A DNA stretch of 64,000 nt, from positions 1,091-65,090 of the forward strand of contig CAYHGN010000001.1 in assembly GCA_964356005.1 (NCBI GenBank), written 5' to 3'. The notes beneath the pieces are model-generated. The model was not told where the DNA came from. It made no database searches and saw nothing but the letters and a program-made list of their open reading frames with translations. Numbering within the stretch: position 1 is the stretch's first letter; every line of letters starts with the position of its first letter. Below, piece after piece: positions 40,839 through 51,880 of this stretch. The position numbers were made by a program, and so were the translations under genes. Source of the DNA: an uncultured Sphingobacterium sp. (lineage in GTDB: Bacteria > Bacteroidota > Bacteroidia > Sphingobacteriales > Sphingobacteriaceae).

Positions 40839-43800
40839 TTATGCTACTTCACGAATATCAACAGCCACAACCCTCGAGACACCCTGTTCTGCCATTGTCA
40901 CACCATAAATAATATCTGTACTGGCGATAGTTCGTTTATTATGAGAAACAATAATAAATTGGGACTGATCTGAAAATTCCCTTATAATGTTATTGAACTT
41001 ATCAATGTTCGTGTCGTCCAATGGTGCATCAACTTCATCGAAGATACAGAATGGGGCTGGTTTTAACAGGTATAATGAAAATAGCAATGCCGTTGCTGTC
41101 AGCGTTTTTTCACCTCCTGATAATTGATTGATAGATAGTGGTCTTTTACCTTTGGGGCGGGCAATAATATCAATGTCAGATTCCAAAGGATTTGAAGGAT
41201 CTGCCAATACCAGATCGCAGCTATCTTCTTCATTAAATAGTGAACGGAAAACCTGTATAAAATGAGTCCTTACCTCGCTGAAAGAAGCCATGAACTTTTC
41301 CTTTGCCGTGTCATCAATTTCTTTTATAGTTTGTAATAAAGAATATTTAGCTTCCGTCAGATCCTTTTTCTGAGCTTGAATAAAGTTGTAACGCTCATTC
41401 ATTTCCTGGTAAGCTTCCATAGCCATAGGATTTATTGCGCCAAATTCATCCATTTGCCTTTTTATACGTTCAGTCTTTTCACGGATATCCTGCTCATTGT
41501 TATTATATTGTTCTAATAATTCTTCATCGAGTAAGATAGAAATATCAACATTGAATTCGACAGATAACCGTTCCTTTAAGGCGTTTAATTCTATTTTTAT
41601 TGCTGTTTTCTGATCTTTTAGCTCAGTCGACACAATTTCTGCCTTTTCTTTATTTCGGCGTAATGAGCTTATTTTTTCTTCCATCTCAGTAATCTGCAGT
41701 TTTGAGGCATAATAGCTCTGTTCAGCCTCATTGACTGCGGTCTCAAATTCCTCTTTTTGAACATACATCGCGATCAGGTCTTCGTCAGAATGATCTGCTT
41801 GTTCTAGTGTTTCTTTAATGCCTGCTTGTGTTTTTTCAAGTTCAGCCTGATTTAAACTAATACGCGTTTCCAGATTCTTTTGCTGACTTTCACGATATTC
41901 AAGGTCTTTCTCTATACCTGATACTTTGTTTTGTTGTTGGTGGAAGCGGATATTCTCCTGGTTATAGAGTGCTGACCTTGAATTTAAGCTTTCTGCAAGT
42001 TCATTATAGCTTTGCTGGTTGTTAAGAACCTGCTCTTGTTTGATCTGCTTTCGAACATTTAGCTCAATTAGCAATGGTTCTGATGCTAATAATTCATTTC
42101 CTATACTCGCTATTTTGTGCGTTATATCCTGTTTTCTATTAAGGCTATTTTCAATAAAGGCAAGATATTGTTCTTGTTTGGTTTTTACAGACGTGTAATC
42201 ATTGCTTAAGCTGTTGATTTCAATCTGAGATTGCTGAAGGAGATCTTTTTGTGAAGAATCTCCCAGATCTTTTAATTTGATTTCTTCTTCAGCAATGGAG
42301 TTCTTTAAATTAACAATTAATGTCTCTCCGATATTAATTTCTTTTGAAAGTTTTTCAAGATTTTTAGCCCTCCCGATACGTTTACCCTCAAAAAGTCCGA
42401 CAGATCCACCCGACATTCCGGTTCTTGTTTTTGTAAACATTCCGGTCTTACTTAAGATCACAACCTGTTCTGAAGGTAAGGCAGAGTGAAATTCATTTTC
42501 TTCTCCCGATTGCAGCAGATAAACATTGTAGAGCAGCATTTCACAGAGCGGCCGATATTTGGGATCTGCATCAATAATTTCCAGAGCAGGAATCAGGTCT
42601 TTACGATCAGTATTAATTGAAGGCCGTTTTCCTGCTTTAGTTAAAGCCTCAAGTATAAAAAAATTAGCCCGGCCTCTCGAAGAATCATTGAGTAATTGAA
42701 TTGCCTGAACAGCTTCAGATTGTGTTTCTACGACATAATGGTTCATAACTGGCTCGAGGTAGTTCTCAATGGCTACACGGTATTCTTCCCGGCAAAAAAG
42801 TATGTCCGAGAAAAGTGGTGCCTGTTTCGTCCAACCGGCATTTTTTTTCAGAAAACGGATCGACTCCGGAAATCCTTCCAGGTTATCAACCATCGATTTT
42901 GTTAGGTTATACTCATTCTGTTTGGAATCGAGTTTTCGGCTCTCTTGGTTGAGAATTTCTTTTTGTTCCCTCAGATGCTCAGTACTCCGCCGAATTTGTC
43001 GGTCCAGTTCATCCTCATGCTCTTTATTCTGAATAAATTCTTTTTGTTTACTTTCCAGATTACTTTTTAACTCAGTAATAACTTTGTTAAATTCATTAAG
43101 TTCAGTTTCTTTCGATTCAGTATCAGCCATATTCCGGCTACTTTCCTGATGAAGTGCTTCCTTCTGAATATTCAATATGGCAATCTCTTTTTCAAGCTTA
43201 TACACCTGATTCTGGAGTTCATTGTTTTCAATGCTGATCGTGTCAAGTGCAGCTTTTGATTTTTGCTGTTCTAATCTTAATTCATTAATTCCCTGATGCT
43301 GATTTTCTGTTGAAATACGGGTCTTCTCAAGGATTTCACTTTCCTGTAAATATTCTTCATTTAAGCGCTTCTGATTGTAAAAGACATGGTTAAGCTGATT
43401 TTGATCTTTTTCAAGTTCATCAATTAATCTGTTTTTTTTATCTTCCAGAAAACGCAACTGCTCATTCTTTAATTTCTTATCACTTTCGTAAGTACGAATC
43501 TTGGAAATAAACTCATTGGTAACTTTTTGCTGAATGGAAAGATTCTTTTCCAGATTCAGGTTTTCAAATTTAACTTTCTGCAAAAAAGCTTCCAGATTAC
43601 TGATTTCAGTGTTTATTCCGCTGCTATCAAGAGAATGCTGTTGCTCCTTGTCTTCAAGTTTAGTCAGGGATTCTCTAAATCCAATTATACGATAGGAGGC
43701 AAGGCTCAAACTTAATGTTTTGTATTGTTCCTTAAGACGGTAATACCTTTCCGCTTTTTTAGCCTGATTTTCAAGTGTTTTCAGATTTTTTTCGATCTCG

Positions 43801-44387
43801 AACAAAAGATCATCAACACGGCTAAGGTCAGCCTCTGTATCTTTAAATTTATTGAAGGTTTGTTTTTTCCTCAGCTTGTATTTAGATATGCCCGAAGCCT
43901 CCTCAAATAAAGCCCTTCTCGAATTGTCCTTATTAGCAATGATCTCATCAATCATTTTTAATTCGATAATAGAGTAGGAGTCTGATCCTATTCCTGTATC
44001 AAGAAATAGATCTGTAATGTCTTTCAGTCGACAGTGTACATCATTTAACCGGTACTCACTTTCACCCGAACGATACAGCTTACGGGTAATGGTAACCTTT
44101 GTGAAATCAGTGGGAAGAATGTTTTTGGTATTATCGAAAGTCAGGGATACTTCAGCCAGATTGGAAGGTTTGCGTGTTTTCGTTCCATTGAAAATGATAT
44201 TTTCCATTTTCTCAGAGCGAAGCATCCGGGTACTCTGTTCTCCAAGTACCCAGCGTATTGCATCTACAACATTTGATTTTCCACAGCCATTAGGACCAAT
44301 AATGGCTGTAACACCATCATTGAAATTGATCGTGATCTTATCGCCAAAGCTTTTAAAACCTTTGATTTCCAGTTGGGTAAGCTGCAT
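40839..44387 (-). CDS. smc: Chromosome segregation protein SMC
   Basis: GFKSF, GPNGCGKSN, long coiled coils, LSGGEK, FDEVDAPLD. Confidence 0.97.
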   Translation of the reverse strand: MQLTQLEIKGFKSFGDKITINFNDGVTAIIGPNGCGKSNVVDAIRWVLGEQSTRMLRSEKMENIIFNGTKTRKPSNLAEVSLTFDNTKNILPTDFTKVTITRKLYRSGESEYRLNDVHCRLKDITDLFLDTGIGSDSYSIIELKMIDEIIANKDNSRRALFEEASGISKYKLRKKQTFNKFKDTEADLSRVDDLLFEIEKNLKTLENQAKKAERYYRLKEQYKTLSLSLASYRIIGFRESLTKLEDKEQQHSLDSSGINTEISNLEAFLQKVKFENLNLEKNLSIQQKVTNEFISKIRTYESDKKLKNEQLRFLEDKKNRLIDELEKDQNQLNHVFYNQKRLNEEYLQESEILEKTRISTENQHQGINELRLEQQKSKAALDTISIENNELQNQVYKLEKEIAILNIQKEALHQESSRNMADTESKETELNEFNKVITELKSNLESKQKEFIQNKEHEDELDRQIRRSTEHLREQKEILNQESRKLDSKQNEYNLTKSMVDNLEGFPESIRFLKKNAGWTKQAPLFSDILFCREEYRVAIENYLEPVMNHYVVETQSEAVQAIQLLNDSSRGRANFFILEALTKAGKRPSINTDRKDLIPALEIIDADPKYRPLCEMLLYNVYLLQSGEENEFHSALPSEQVVILSKTGMFTKTRTGMSGGSVGLFEGKRIGRAKNLEKLSKEINIGETLIVNLKNSIAEEEIKLKDLGDSSQKDLLQQSQIEINSLSNDYTSVKTKQEQYLAFIENSLNRKQDITHKIASIGNELLASEPLLIELNVRKQIKQEQVLNNQQSYNELAESLNSRSALYNQENIRFHQQQNKVSGIEKDLEYRESQQKNLETRISLNQAELEKTQAGIKETLEQADHSDEDLIAMYVQKEEFETAVNEAEQSYYASKLQITEMEEKISSLRRNKEKAEIVSTELKDQKTAIKIELNALKERLSVEFNVDISILLDEELLEQYNNNEQDIREKTERIKRQMDEFGAINPMAMEAYQEMNERYNFIQAQKKDLTEAKYSLLQTIKEIDDTAKEKFMASFSEVRTHFIQVFRSLFNEEDSCDLVLADPSNPLESDIDIIARPKGKRPLSINQLSGGEKTLTATALLFSLYLLKPAPFCIFDEVDAPLDDTNIDKFNNIIREFSDQSQFIIVSHNKRTIASTDIIYGVTMAEQGVSRVVAVDIREVA

Positions 44388-44553
44388 TTTCTTCTTTCCG
44401 CATCAAGCGGTTCATGATTAGTTTTAAGGCTTCAATTTATAAAATTCTTCAATGGTATTAATCATTTAAAACCATGAAATCATAAAATTTTTTACAATTA
44501 CAAAGCGTATTTTTATCCGGGAAATGAACATTCAAATTTAATTATATAAAACT

Positions 44554-45537
44554 ATGGAATACAGACGTTTAGGTAAATCTGGTTTAAAAGTAAGTGCCCT
44601 TTCATTAGGAAGCTGGTTAACTTTTGGGCAACAGATTGAAGATAAGGTAGCTGAAGAATTAATGGACATCGCTTACGAGGGAGGAATAAATTTCTTTGAT
44701 AACGCTGAAGGTTATGCCGGAGGTAAGTCGGAAATTGTGATGGGGAACATTTTAAAAAAGAAAAAATGGGATCGCAGTTCATACATTGTTTCAAGTAAGA
44801 TCTTTTTTGGTGCAGAGGAGAAAAAACCGAATATGATCGGACTTTCTAAAAAACATTTATTTGAAGGGACTCATAATGCCCTTAAACGTTTACAGCTTGA
44901 TTATGTCGATCTGATTTATTGTCATAGACCTGATAAGGAAACACCGATAGAAGAAACTGTTTGGGCAATGCATCAGCTTATTCAACAGGGAAAAGCATTG
45001 TATTGGGGAACATCTGAATGGAGTGCTCTGGAAATTATGCAGGCTCATTATTTTGCAGAAAAAAACCATTTGGTTCCACCAGTGATGGAACAACCTCAGT
45101 ACAACATGCTTTGGCGCGATAAAATGGAAATGGAGTTTTTATTATTGTTCAGGGATTTTGGAATGGGCACCACAATCTGGAGCCCAATGGCCTCCGGATT
45201 ACTTTCCGGGAAATACAATAATGCAGATCCAAAAGATGCACGTTTCAGTATGGATAATCTTGAATGGTTAAGAAACAGGTTACTGATAGAATCAAACATA
45301 CATAAGGTTAAACTATTGCAGGCAGTTGCAGAGAGACTGAATACGTCTTTGGCTAAACTTGCTATTGCCTGGTGTTTAAAAAATCCTCATGTTAGCACCG
45401 TTATTTTAGGTGCTTCAAAAGCCTCACAGCTCAAGGAGAACCTTACTTCCCTGGAAGTTGTACCTTTACTGACCAATGAAATTATGTTGGAAATTGATGA
45501 GATTACAGGAACAAAACCACAAGTTATAATTCCTTAG
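44554..45537 (+). CDS. Aldo/keto reductase (Kv-beta-like)
   Basis: LGSWLTFG, FDNAEGY, SSK, HRPD, YWGTSEW, QPQYN, IWSPMASG. Confidence 0.92.
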   Translation: MEYRRLGKSGLKVSALSLGSWLTFGQQIEDKVAEELMDIAYEGGINFFDNAEGYAGGKSEIVMGNILKKKKWDRSSYIVSSKIFFGAEEKKPNMIGLSKKHLFEGTHNALKRLQLDYVDLIYCHRPDKETPIEETVWAMHQLIQQGKALYWGTSEWSALEIMQAHYFAEKNHLVPPVMEQPQYNMLWRDKMEMEFLLLFRDFGMGTTIWSPMASGLLSGKYNNADPKDARFSMDNLEWLRNRLLIESNIHKVKLLQAVAERLNTSLAKLAIAWCLKNPHVSTVILGASKASQLKENLTSLEVVPLLTNEIMLEIDEITGTKPQVIIP

Positions 45538-45540
45538 AAC

Positions 45541-45573
45541 AAGGCTGACAGGGTTCCAAACCCTGTCAGCCTT
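45541..45573. repeat. REP-like 33-bp palindrome
   Basis: aaggctgacagggtt-cca-aaccctgtcagcctt, identical to 54167-54199. Confidence 0.92.
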
Positions 45574-46417
45574 ACACAATATCAGTTAATTTAAAGGTAT
45601 CCTTTACTCGGATGCCTTTTTCTGTTTCCTGAAGGGTACAGCATTCATTTATAGGGTCGTGTTCCAGATATAGGATGTATTCATTCTCAAGGGCCTCAGT
45701 TAGAAACTTTTTCTTTTCATTCAGGGTTTTGAGCGGAAACATATCGTATGACATGACATAAGGCATTGGAATATGTCCAATTGATGGGAGCATATCGGCC
45801 ATATAAAGTATTGTTTTCCCTTTGTAGCTGATTTGAGGGAGCATCATTGCATCAGTATGCCCGAATGCAAAGCGTATTTTGATATGATCCGTAAAGGCTA
45901 TTCCATCGGTGTTGTCAATGAATTTAAGTTTACCACTTTCCTGAATCGGCAGAATATTTTCTTTTAAAAAGGATGCTTTTTCTCTGTCATTTGGATGGAC
46001 AGCCCACTCCCAGTGTGCTTTATTACTCCAATAAATGGCGTTTTTAAACGCAGGAACAAGTCTTCCATCTTCAAGTTTTTCTATTGAGCCTCCGCAGTGG
46101 TCGAAATGAAGATGGGTTAGAAATACATCTGTGATCTCATCTTTGGTAAAACCGTGATTTTTCAGGGACTTTTCAAGAGAATCTTCACCATGAAGGTAAT
46201 AGTGCTTTAAAAAGCGCTCATCCTGTTTGTATCCGATTCCATTATCAATCAGAATTTTACGATCTCCATCAATAATCAGAAGGCAGCGCATAGCCCAATT
46301 GCAAAGGTTATTCTCGTCTGCCGGGTTGGTCTTCTGCCAGATAGATTTGGGAACTACACCAAACATAGCCCCACCGTCCAGCTTAAAAAATCCTGCGTTT
46401 ATAGTAAATAATTTCAT
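45572..46417 (-). CDS. MBL-fold metallo-hydrolase (YtnP-like)
   Basis: LDGGAMFGVVPK, THLHFDHCGG, GHT, EHD. Confidence 0.92.
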   Translation of the reverse strand: MKLFTINAGFFKLDGGAMFGVVPKSIWQKTNPADENNLCNWAMRCLLIIDGDRKILIDNGIGYKQDERFLKHYYLHGEDSLEKSLKNHGFTKDEITDVFLTHLHFDHCGGSIEKLEDGRLVPAFKNAIYWSNKAHWEWAVHPNDREKASFLKENILPIQESGKLKFIDNTDGIAFTDHIKIRFAFGHTDAMMLPQISYKGKTILYMADMLPSIGHIPMPYVMSYDMFPLKTLNEKKKFLTEALENEYILYLEHDPINECCTLQETEKGIRVKDTFKLTDIV

Positions 46418-46418
46418 A

Positions 46419-46748
46419 TCAAACTTTGCTTGAGAGTTTTAATCCAATGATTGAAGATAATAAAAGAAAGAGGAAAAACATCCGCCAGAATTCGGTTGGG
46501 TCTTTAAATAGAATTATTCCTGCAATCACCGATCCTGCGGCACCAATTCCAGCCCAAACAGCATAAGAAGTGCCCATCGGTATGGTTTTAGATGCAAGGT
46601 ATAATAAATACATACTGATTGAAACACTAATCAGAAAACCCGTTATCCATAAAATGAATTCAATACCTGAAGTTTCTTTAGCTTTAGCGAGACAGCTTGT
46701 AAAGGCTACTTCAAATAAGCCACCAATAATAAGGTAAATCCAGGCCAT
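46419..46748 (-). CDS. Small multidrug resistance (SMR; SugE/Gdx-like) transporter
   Basis: MAWIYLIIGGLFEV with conserved Glu, IPMGTSYAVWAGIG, four TM helices. Confidence 0.9.
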   Translation of the reverse strand: MAWIYLIIGGLFEVAFTSCLAKAKETSGIEFILWITGFLISVSISMYLLYLASKTIPMGTSYAVWAGIGAAGSVIAGIILFKDPTEFWRMFFLFLLLSSIIGLKLSSKV

Positions 46749-46755
46749 AGAATTT

Positions 46756-46822
46756 AATTGAGAGTTGAGAATTGAGAATGAATAGTCGGTAATTTTCAAC
46801 TCTCCATTCTCCATTCTCAATT
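46756..46822. repeat. Inverted pair of 7-nt tandem arrays (AATTGAG / CTCMATT)
   Basis: aattgag agttgag aattgag aatgaat ... ttcaact ctccatt ctccatt ctcaatt. Confidence 0.9.
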
Positions 46823-46823
46823 A

Positions 46824-48212
46824 TTAAAGGTGTATCACTTCCCCGTAAGCATCAGCAGCAGCTTCCATAATTGCTTCACTCATAGTAGGGTGTGGGTGGA
46901 CAGTTTTTACAATATCCATACCGGTAGTTTCCAGTTTTCTGGCGACTACAACTTCTGCAATCATTTCTGTCACGTTGGCACCGATCATGTGTGCGCCCAG
47001 AAACTCCCCATACTTAGCATCGAAGATTACTTTTACAAAACCATCTTTAGCACCGGCCGCACTTGCCTTCCCTGAGGCAGAAAATGGAAATTTGCCAACT
47101 TTTATTTCGTATCCGGCTTCTTTGGCTGCTTTTTCCGTATAACCTACAGATGCAATCTCAGGGGAGCAATAGGTACATCCCGGTATGTTGTTATAATTTA
47201 AAGGCTCTGGATGATGTCCTGCAATCTTTTCAACGCATATAATGCCTTCAGCAGAGGCAACGTGTGCCAGAGCCTGTCCTTTTACGATATCACCAATCGC
47301 ATAAACACCTTCAATATTTGTTTTGTAAAAATCATCAACCTTTATACGACCCTTGTCGATCGTAACTCCAAGTTCTTCAAGTCCGATATTTTCAAGGTTA
47401 GGACTTACCCCAATAGCAGAAAGAACTATATCACACTCAATTGTTTCTGTACCCACTGCCGTTTTTACCAGTACTTTACATCCGCTGCCGGAGGTGTCCA
47501 CTGATTCAACATTGGTTCCGGTCATTACGTTGATGCCAGCTTTTTTAAAGCTTCTCAATAATTGCTTTGATATATCTTCATCCTCTACAGGAACTATATT
47601 TTCGAGATATTCAACAATAGTAACTTTGGTTCCTATAGCATTGTAGAAATATGCAAATTCCACTCCTATTGCTCCTGATCCAACAATAACCATAGATTTA
47701 GGCTGCTGCTGTAAAACCATTGCCTGACGGTATCCAATTACTTTTTTTCCATCTTGCTTTAGGTTTGGTAATTCCCTTGATCTTCCACCTGTTGCCAGAA
47801 TTATATGTTTGGCTGTGAATTCTTTATCTGTGCCATCCGGACCCTTAACTTCAACTTTTCCACCTTTTTTTACCTTTCCTGTTCCTGTGATCACATCAAT
47901 CTTATTTTTCTTCATCAGGAACTGAACCCCTTTGCTCATTCCATCAGCAACACCGCGGCTTCGCTTAATTATGGCACCAAAATCAGCACTTGCATCCTTC
48001 ACCTTGATTCCATAATCTGAAGCATGGCTTATATATTCAAAAACATTTGCACTTTTCAGAAGGGCTTTTGTGGGAATACACCCCCAGTTTAAACAGATTC
48101 CTCCGAGGGATTCACGTTCAACCACAGCAACTTTTAAGCCTAATTGAGATGCGCGAATAGCTGCCACGTAACCGCCTGGTCCGCTACCTATAACTATGAT
48201 GTCGTAGTTCAT
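46824..48212 (-). CDS. lpdA: Dihydrolipoamide dehydrogenase
   Basis: GSGPGGYVAA, GGICLNWGCIPTK, HPHPTMSE; TAGATTTG box at 48253-48246. Confidence 0.97.
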   Translation of the reverse strand: MNYDIIVIGSGPGGYVAAIRASQLGLKVAVVERESLGGICLNWGCIPTKALLKSANVFEYISHASDYGIKVKDASADFGAIIKRSRGVADGMSKGVQFLMKKNKIDVITGTGKVKKGGKVEVKGPDGTDKEFTAKHIILATGGRSRELPNLKQDGKKVIGYRQAMVLQQQPKSMVIVGSGAIGVEFAYFYNAIGTKVTIVEYLENIVPVEDEDISKQLLRSFKKAGINVMTGTNVESVDTSGSGCKVLVKTAVGTETIECDIVLSAIGVSPNLENIGLEELGVTIDKGRIKVDDFYKTNIEGVYAIGDIVKGQALAHVASAEGIICVEKIAGHHPEPLNYNNIPGCTYCSPEIASVGYTEKAAKEAGYEIKVGKFPFSASGKASAAGAKDGFVKVIFDAKYGEFLGAHMIGANVTEMIAEVVVARKLETTGMDIVKTVHPHPTMSEAIMEAAADAYGEVIHL

Positions 48213-48457
48213 ATATTTATATAATGATACAATAGAGATTGAGCGCAAATCTAACAAAATACTTATCGGGTTGAAAATATTTGATTAGACTATCGGTGCA
48301 GATTAAATCTCAAAATGTTGAAAAGTGTGAATTGTCGAAAAAATTCCTTAAAATTAACATTAAGTTCACACTGGAACTGCCTAATATTCAGATTGGGTAT
48401 ATATCTTTGTACAGATTATTAAAAACCAATTAATCAGTCTCACTTAAAATATAATTT

Positions 48458-51400
48458 ATGAAGAAGTTTTTACTCTCAACACTTGTTGTTTTACTACTTG
48501 CATTTAATTTGAGTGCACAGGTTACAACCAGTAGTTTGTCGGGTACTATCCGCGATTCCAAAGAATCGCTTATTGGTGCTACGATAAAAGCCACACATCA
48601 ACCAACAGGTACCATTTATGGTTCATCTTCGGGCGTTGATGGCAGGTTTAATATTCCAAACATGCGTGTAGGAGGACCATACCTTATTGTGGTATCTTAT
48701 GTAGGTTACCAATCCGAGTCATTCAGTGAAGTAATGCTGAAATTGGGTGAGCCCTTTGTTTTAAATGTTTTACTGGCCGCCTCCGGCAGAGAACTGCAGG
48801 AAGTTGTAATTACAGCTCAGGATCCAAATTCAGTATTGAATGCAAACCGTACCGGCTCTACCACTAACCTTGGCCGTGCTCAGATTCAGAGTGTTCCAAC
48901 GATAACCCGGAGTGTAAACGATCTGACAAAATTTACTCCTCAAGCAAACGGGGCATCTATTGGTGGTGGAAATTATCGTCAGAACAACTTTACGGTTGAT
49001 GGTTCTGATTTTAATAACCAATTCGGTATTGGAAGTAATTTACCTGCAGGTGGATCACCTATCTCAATTGATGCAATAGAGGAAATTTCGGTAAATGTAA
49101 CACCTTATGACGTCAGAATGTCCGGTTTTGTAGGTAGTGCAATTAATGCAGTAACCCGCTCAGGAAGAAATGATTTTTTTGGAAATGCCTTTTTTGGATT
49201 TAGAAATGAAAGCAATCAGGGTAATAAAGTTGGTGCTAACAACATTGTGTTACAACCGCTTGATGAAACTCAGTTTGCCTTCAGTTTAGGTGGACCAATC
49301 ATCAAAGATAAACTCTTTTTCTTTGCAAATATCGACCGGACTGCTCAGGTTAGACCTGGTCAAAACAGACTTGCGGCTACGCCTTCTGCACCATTTGGAT
49401 CAAATCCAAACATTGCTCGCCCAACCTCTACAGAGCTTGATAATATTCGTAGTTATTTGATGAAAACCTACAATTATGATCCGGGTATTTATCAGGGGTA
49501 TGCCAATGAAACCTATAATAATAAAATACTAGCCCGCTTAGACTGGAATATCAATAAGGATCACCGTTTCAATATCCGTTATAATCAGGTCGAAAGTGCT
49601 TCACCTTCTTTCATCAGTACTTCAACTAGTGGAACAGGATTTAATTTCCCTAATAATGGAGGTAGAAACAATCCGGGACACCTGCATTTCAGCAATTCAA
49701 ATTATACTCAGGAAGCTAATCAGTACTCATTGGCAGCTGAATTAAACTCTACATTAGGTTCGAAACTATCAAATACTCTGAGAGGAAGTTTTACACACCA
49801 GAATGACCCAAGGGGTTCAGCAAGTGATGTTTTTCCTTTGGTTGATATCATGAAAGATGGTACGGCTTTTACAACTTTCGGATATGAGCCTTTTACATAT
49901 GGAAACTTAAGAGATGTACAAACCTATAGTTTCACAGATAACCTAACCATGAGTTTAGGAAATCATGAACTAACGCTTGGTTTACAGATGGATTTCAGTA
50001 CTACCAAGAATGGTTTTCAGCGTTTCGGAACTGGTGCATACCGTTTCAATTCATGGGATGATTTTGTGAATGGAGTAAAACCAAATGATTATGCTATCAC
50101 TTATTCACTATCACCTGGTTATGCTCAGGCTTTCCCAACATTTAAATTTCAACAGTATTCAGCCTATTTTCAGGATAATTTTCGCGTAGGAGAGAAACTT
50201 AATATTACTGCTGGTTTACGATTTGAACTACCTACTTATCCGGATGTACCTGAGATCAAGACTCATCCTTTAATCGCTCCTCTTACTTTTTCTGAAGGCA
50301 GAAAACTGGATACCGGAGTATTACCAAAGGAAAGAATCATGTTGTCTCCAAGAATTGGCTTCAATTATGATATTAAAGGTGATCGTTCTTTACAGTTGAG
50401 AGGTGGAACCGGTATTTTTACAACTAAAGTGCCTTTTGTTTGGATCGTTGCTCAATCGGGTGATGCTGGTCTGATTCAATTTACTCAAAACTGGAATGGT
50501 ACTGCAAATACTCCAGGACCATTTAGTCAGGATATCCGGAAATATCTTCCTGCAACACCTCCAACTGCAGGAACTTCTATCCCAGCAACAATCAGTGCCA
50601 TTGACCCTGATTTTAAATTCCCTCAAACATGGAAAAGCAGTTTAGCACTGGATGCTAAATTGCCATGGGGAATTGTAGGTACTTTAGAAGGTATTTATAA
50701 CAAGGATTTGAATATTGCAAAAGGATATAATGTGAATCTTGTTGATCCTGCTGCTTTAAACGTTTCAGGATATCCAGATAACCGTCCAATGTATCCTGCA
50801 GCAAATGTAAGTAAGTTCATTAATAAACTTACAAACGGTCAGGCAAGTGCAACTGGAACAGGTGCGTTAAACCCTGTTGTTTTGGATAATGCTCAGGATG
50901 GTCATTCCTGGTTCCTAACTGCATCTTTAAACAAATCTTTCAGTAGAGGCTTATCAGCGCAGGTATCGTATACAAAAAGCCAGCAGAAAGTCCTTTTTGA
51001 TGGAAATGGTGACCAGTTATTTAATACCTGGTCATTGACTCAAACATCTATTACCGGTAATAATCCCGGTTTGAGTTATTCAAACTTTAACATCCCTGAT
51101 CGTGTAATTGCTGGTCTTTCATACCGTCAGGAGTACATTAAAAATCTTGCTACTACTGTTTCGATGTTTTTTGAAGCTTCACATCAGGGAAGATTCTCTT
51201 ATACTTATTCTACAGATTTTAACCGTGACGGTCAGACTAATGACCTGATCTACATACCAAGGAATGCAAGTGAAATAACTTTTACTGATCGTCCTGCTTC
51301 TTCTGCAACAAGTAACGTAGCTTATACTGCTCAGCAGCAAAGTGATTTATTCTTTGCTTATATCGAGCAGGATGATTACCTGAAGAAAAATAAAGGAAAA

Positions 51401-51751
51401 TATGCTGAGCGTAACGGCGGAAAGCAGCCCTGGAGAAATCAGGTAGACATCAGATTAACTCAGGAAATTTTCAAGAACTTCGGTAAGAGCAGAAACAATT
51501 TTCAGTTCACAATGGATATTATGAACTTTGGAAATATGTTAAACAGCAGCTGGGGTAATGTTGATTTTGTTAAGTCCGCTGGTTTACTTGTACCACAGAA
51601 CGTAGCCGCTCTAACACCAGGTGGAACCGTTAAGCCTACATTCTGGTTAAATACGTTTAATAACAAGCCTGTAGATTCAACTTTTGGAACCACTCAGACG
51701 TTTGCTTCAACATATTATATGCAATTTGGATTCCGTTACAATTTCCAATAA
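48458..51751 (+). CDS. TonB-dependent outer membrane receptor (Oar-like, N-terminal carboxypeptidase-regulatory-like domain)
   Basis: Signal NLSA|Q, NMRVGGPY, ISIDAIEEI, INAVTRSG, terminal QFGFRYNF; TATCTTTG box at 48402-48409. Confidence 0.92.
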   Translation: MKKFLLSTLVVLLLAFNLSAQVTTSSLSGTIRDSKESLIGATIKATHQPTGTIYGSSSGVDGRFNIPNMRVGGPYLIVVSYVGYQSESFSEVMLKLGEPFVLNVLLAASGRELQEVVITAQDPNSVLNANRTGSTTNLGRAQIQSVPTITRSVNDLTKFTPQANGASIGGGNYRQNNFTVDGSDFNNQFGIGSNLPAGGSPISIDAIEEISVNVTPYDVRMSGFVGSAINAVTRSGRNDFFGNAFFGFRNESNQGNKVGANNIVLQPLDETQFAFSLGGPIIKDKLFFFANIDRTAQVRPGQNRLAATPSAPFGSNPNIARPTSTELDNIRSYLMKTYNYDPGIYQGYANETYNNKILARLDWNINKDHRFNIRYNQVESASPSFISTSTSGTGFNFPNNGGRNNPGHLHFSNSNYTQEANQYSLAAELNSTLGSKLSNTLRGSFTHQNDPRGSASDVFPLVDIMKDGTAFTTFGYEPFTYGNLRDVQTYSFTDNLTMSLGNHELTLGLQMDFSTTKNGFQRFGTGAYRFNSWDDFVNGVKPNDYAITYSLSPGYAQAFPTFKFQQYSAYFQDNFRVGEKLNITAGLRFELPTYPDVPEIKTHPLIAPLTFSEGRKLDTGVLPKERIMLSPRIGFNYDIKGDRSLQLRGGTGIFTTKVPFVWIVAQSGDAGLIQFTQNWNGTANTPGPFSQDIRKYLPATPPTAGTSIPATISAIDPDFKFPQTWKSSLALDAKLPWGIVGTLEGIYNKDLNIAKGYNVNLVDPAALNVSGYPDNRPMYPAANVSKFINKLTNGQASATGTGALNPVVLDNAQDGHSWFLTASLNKSFSRGLSAQVSYTKSQQKVLFDGNGDQLFNTWSLTQTSITGNNPGLSYSNFNIPDRVIAGLSYRQEYIKNLATTVSMFFEASHQGRFSYTYSTDFNRDGQTNDLIYIPRNASEITFTDRPASSATSNVAYTAQQQSDLFFAYIEQDDYLKKNKGKYAERNGGKQPWRNQVDIRLTQEIFKNFGKSRNNFQFTMDIMNFGNMLNSSWGNVDFVKSAGLLVPQNVAALTPGGTVKPTFWLNTFNNKPVDSTFGTTQTFASTYYMQFGFRYNFQ

Positions 51752-51761
51752 CAGTTTTAAA

Positions 51762-51805
51762 TTCAAAAAAAAGCTTCGGATTCCATCCGGAGCTTTTTTT
51801 TTGAA
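51762..51805 (+). terminator. Intrinsic terminator (bidirectional type)
   Basis: A-tract, gcttcgga-ttcca-tccggagc, T-tract. Confidence 0.88.
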
Positions 51806-51880
51806 AAAACAATTGTGTTGTCTGGTTTTATTTCTTTTGGCTGTATATTTGAGTTGACCAATTAATTAAAATTCCATTTT

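Noticed and set aside
46749-46820. N-terminal extension MRMENGELKITDYSFSILNSQLNS on the SMR protein
   Set aside because: It is a translation of the heptamer hairpin; the family-typical start is MAWIYL at 46748.
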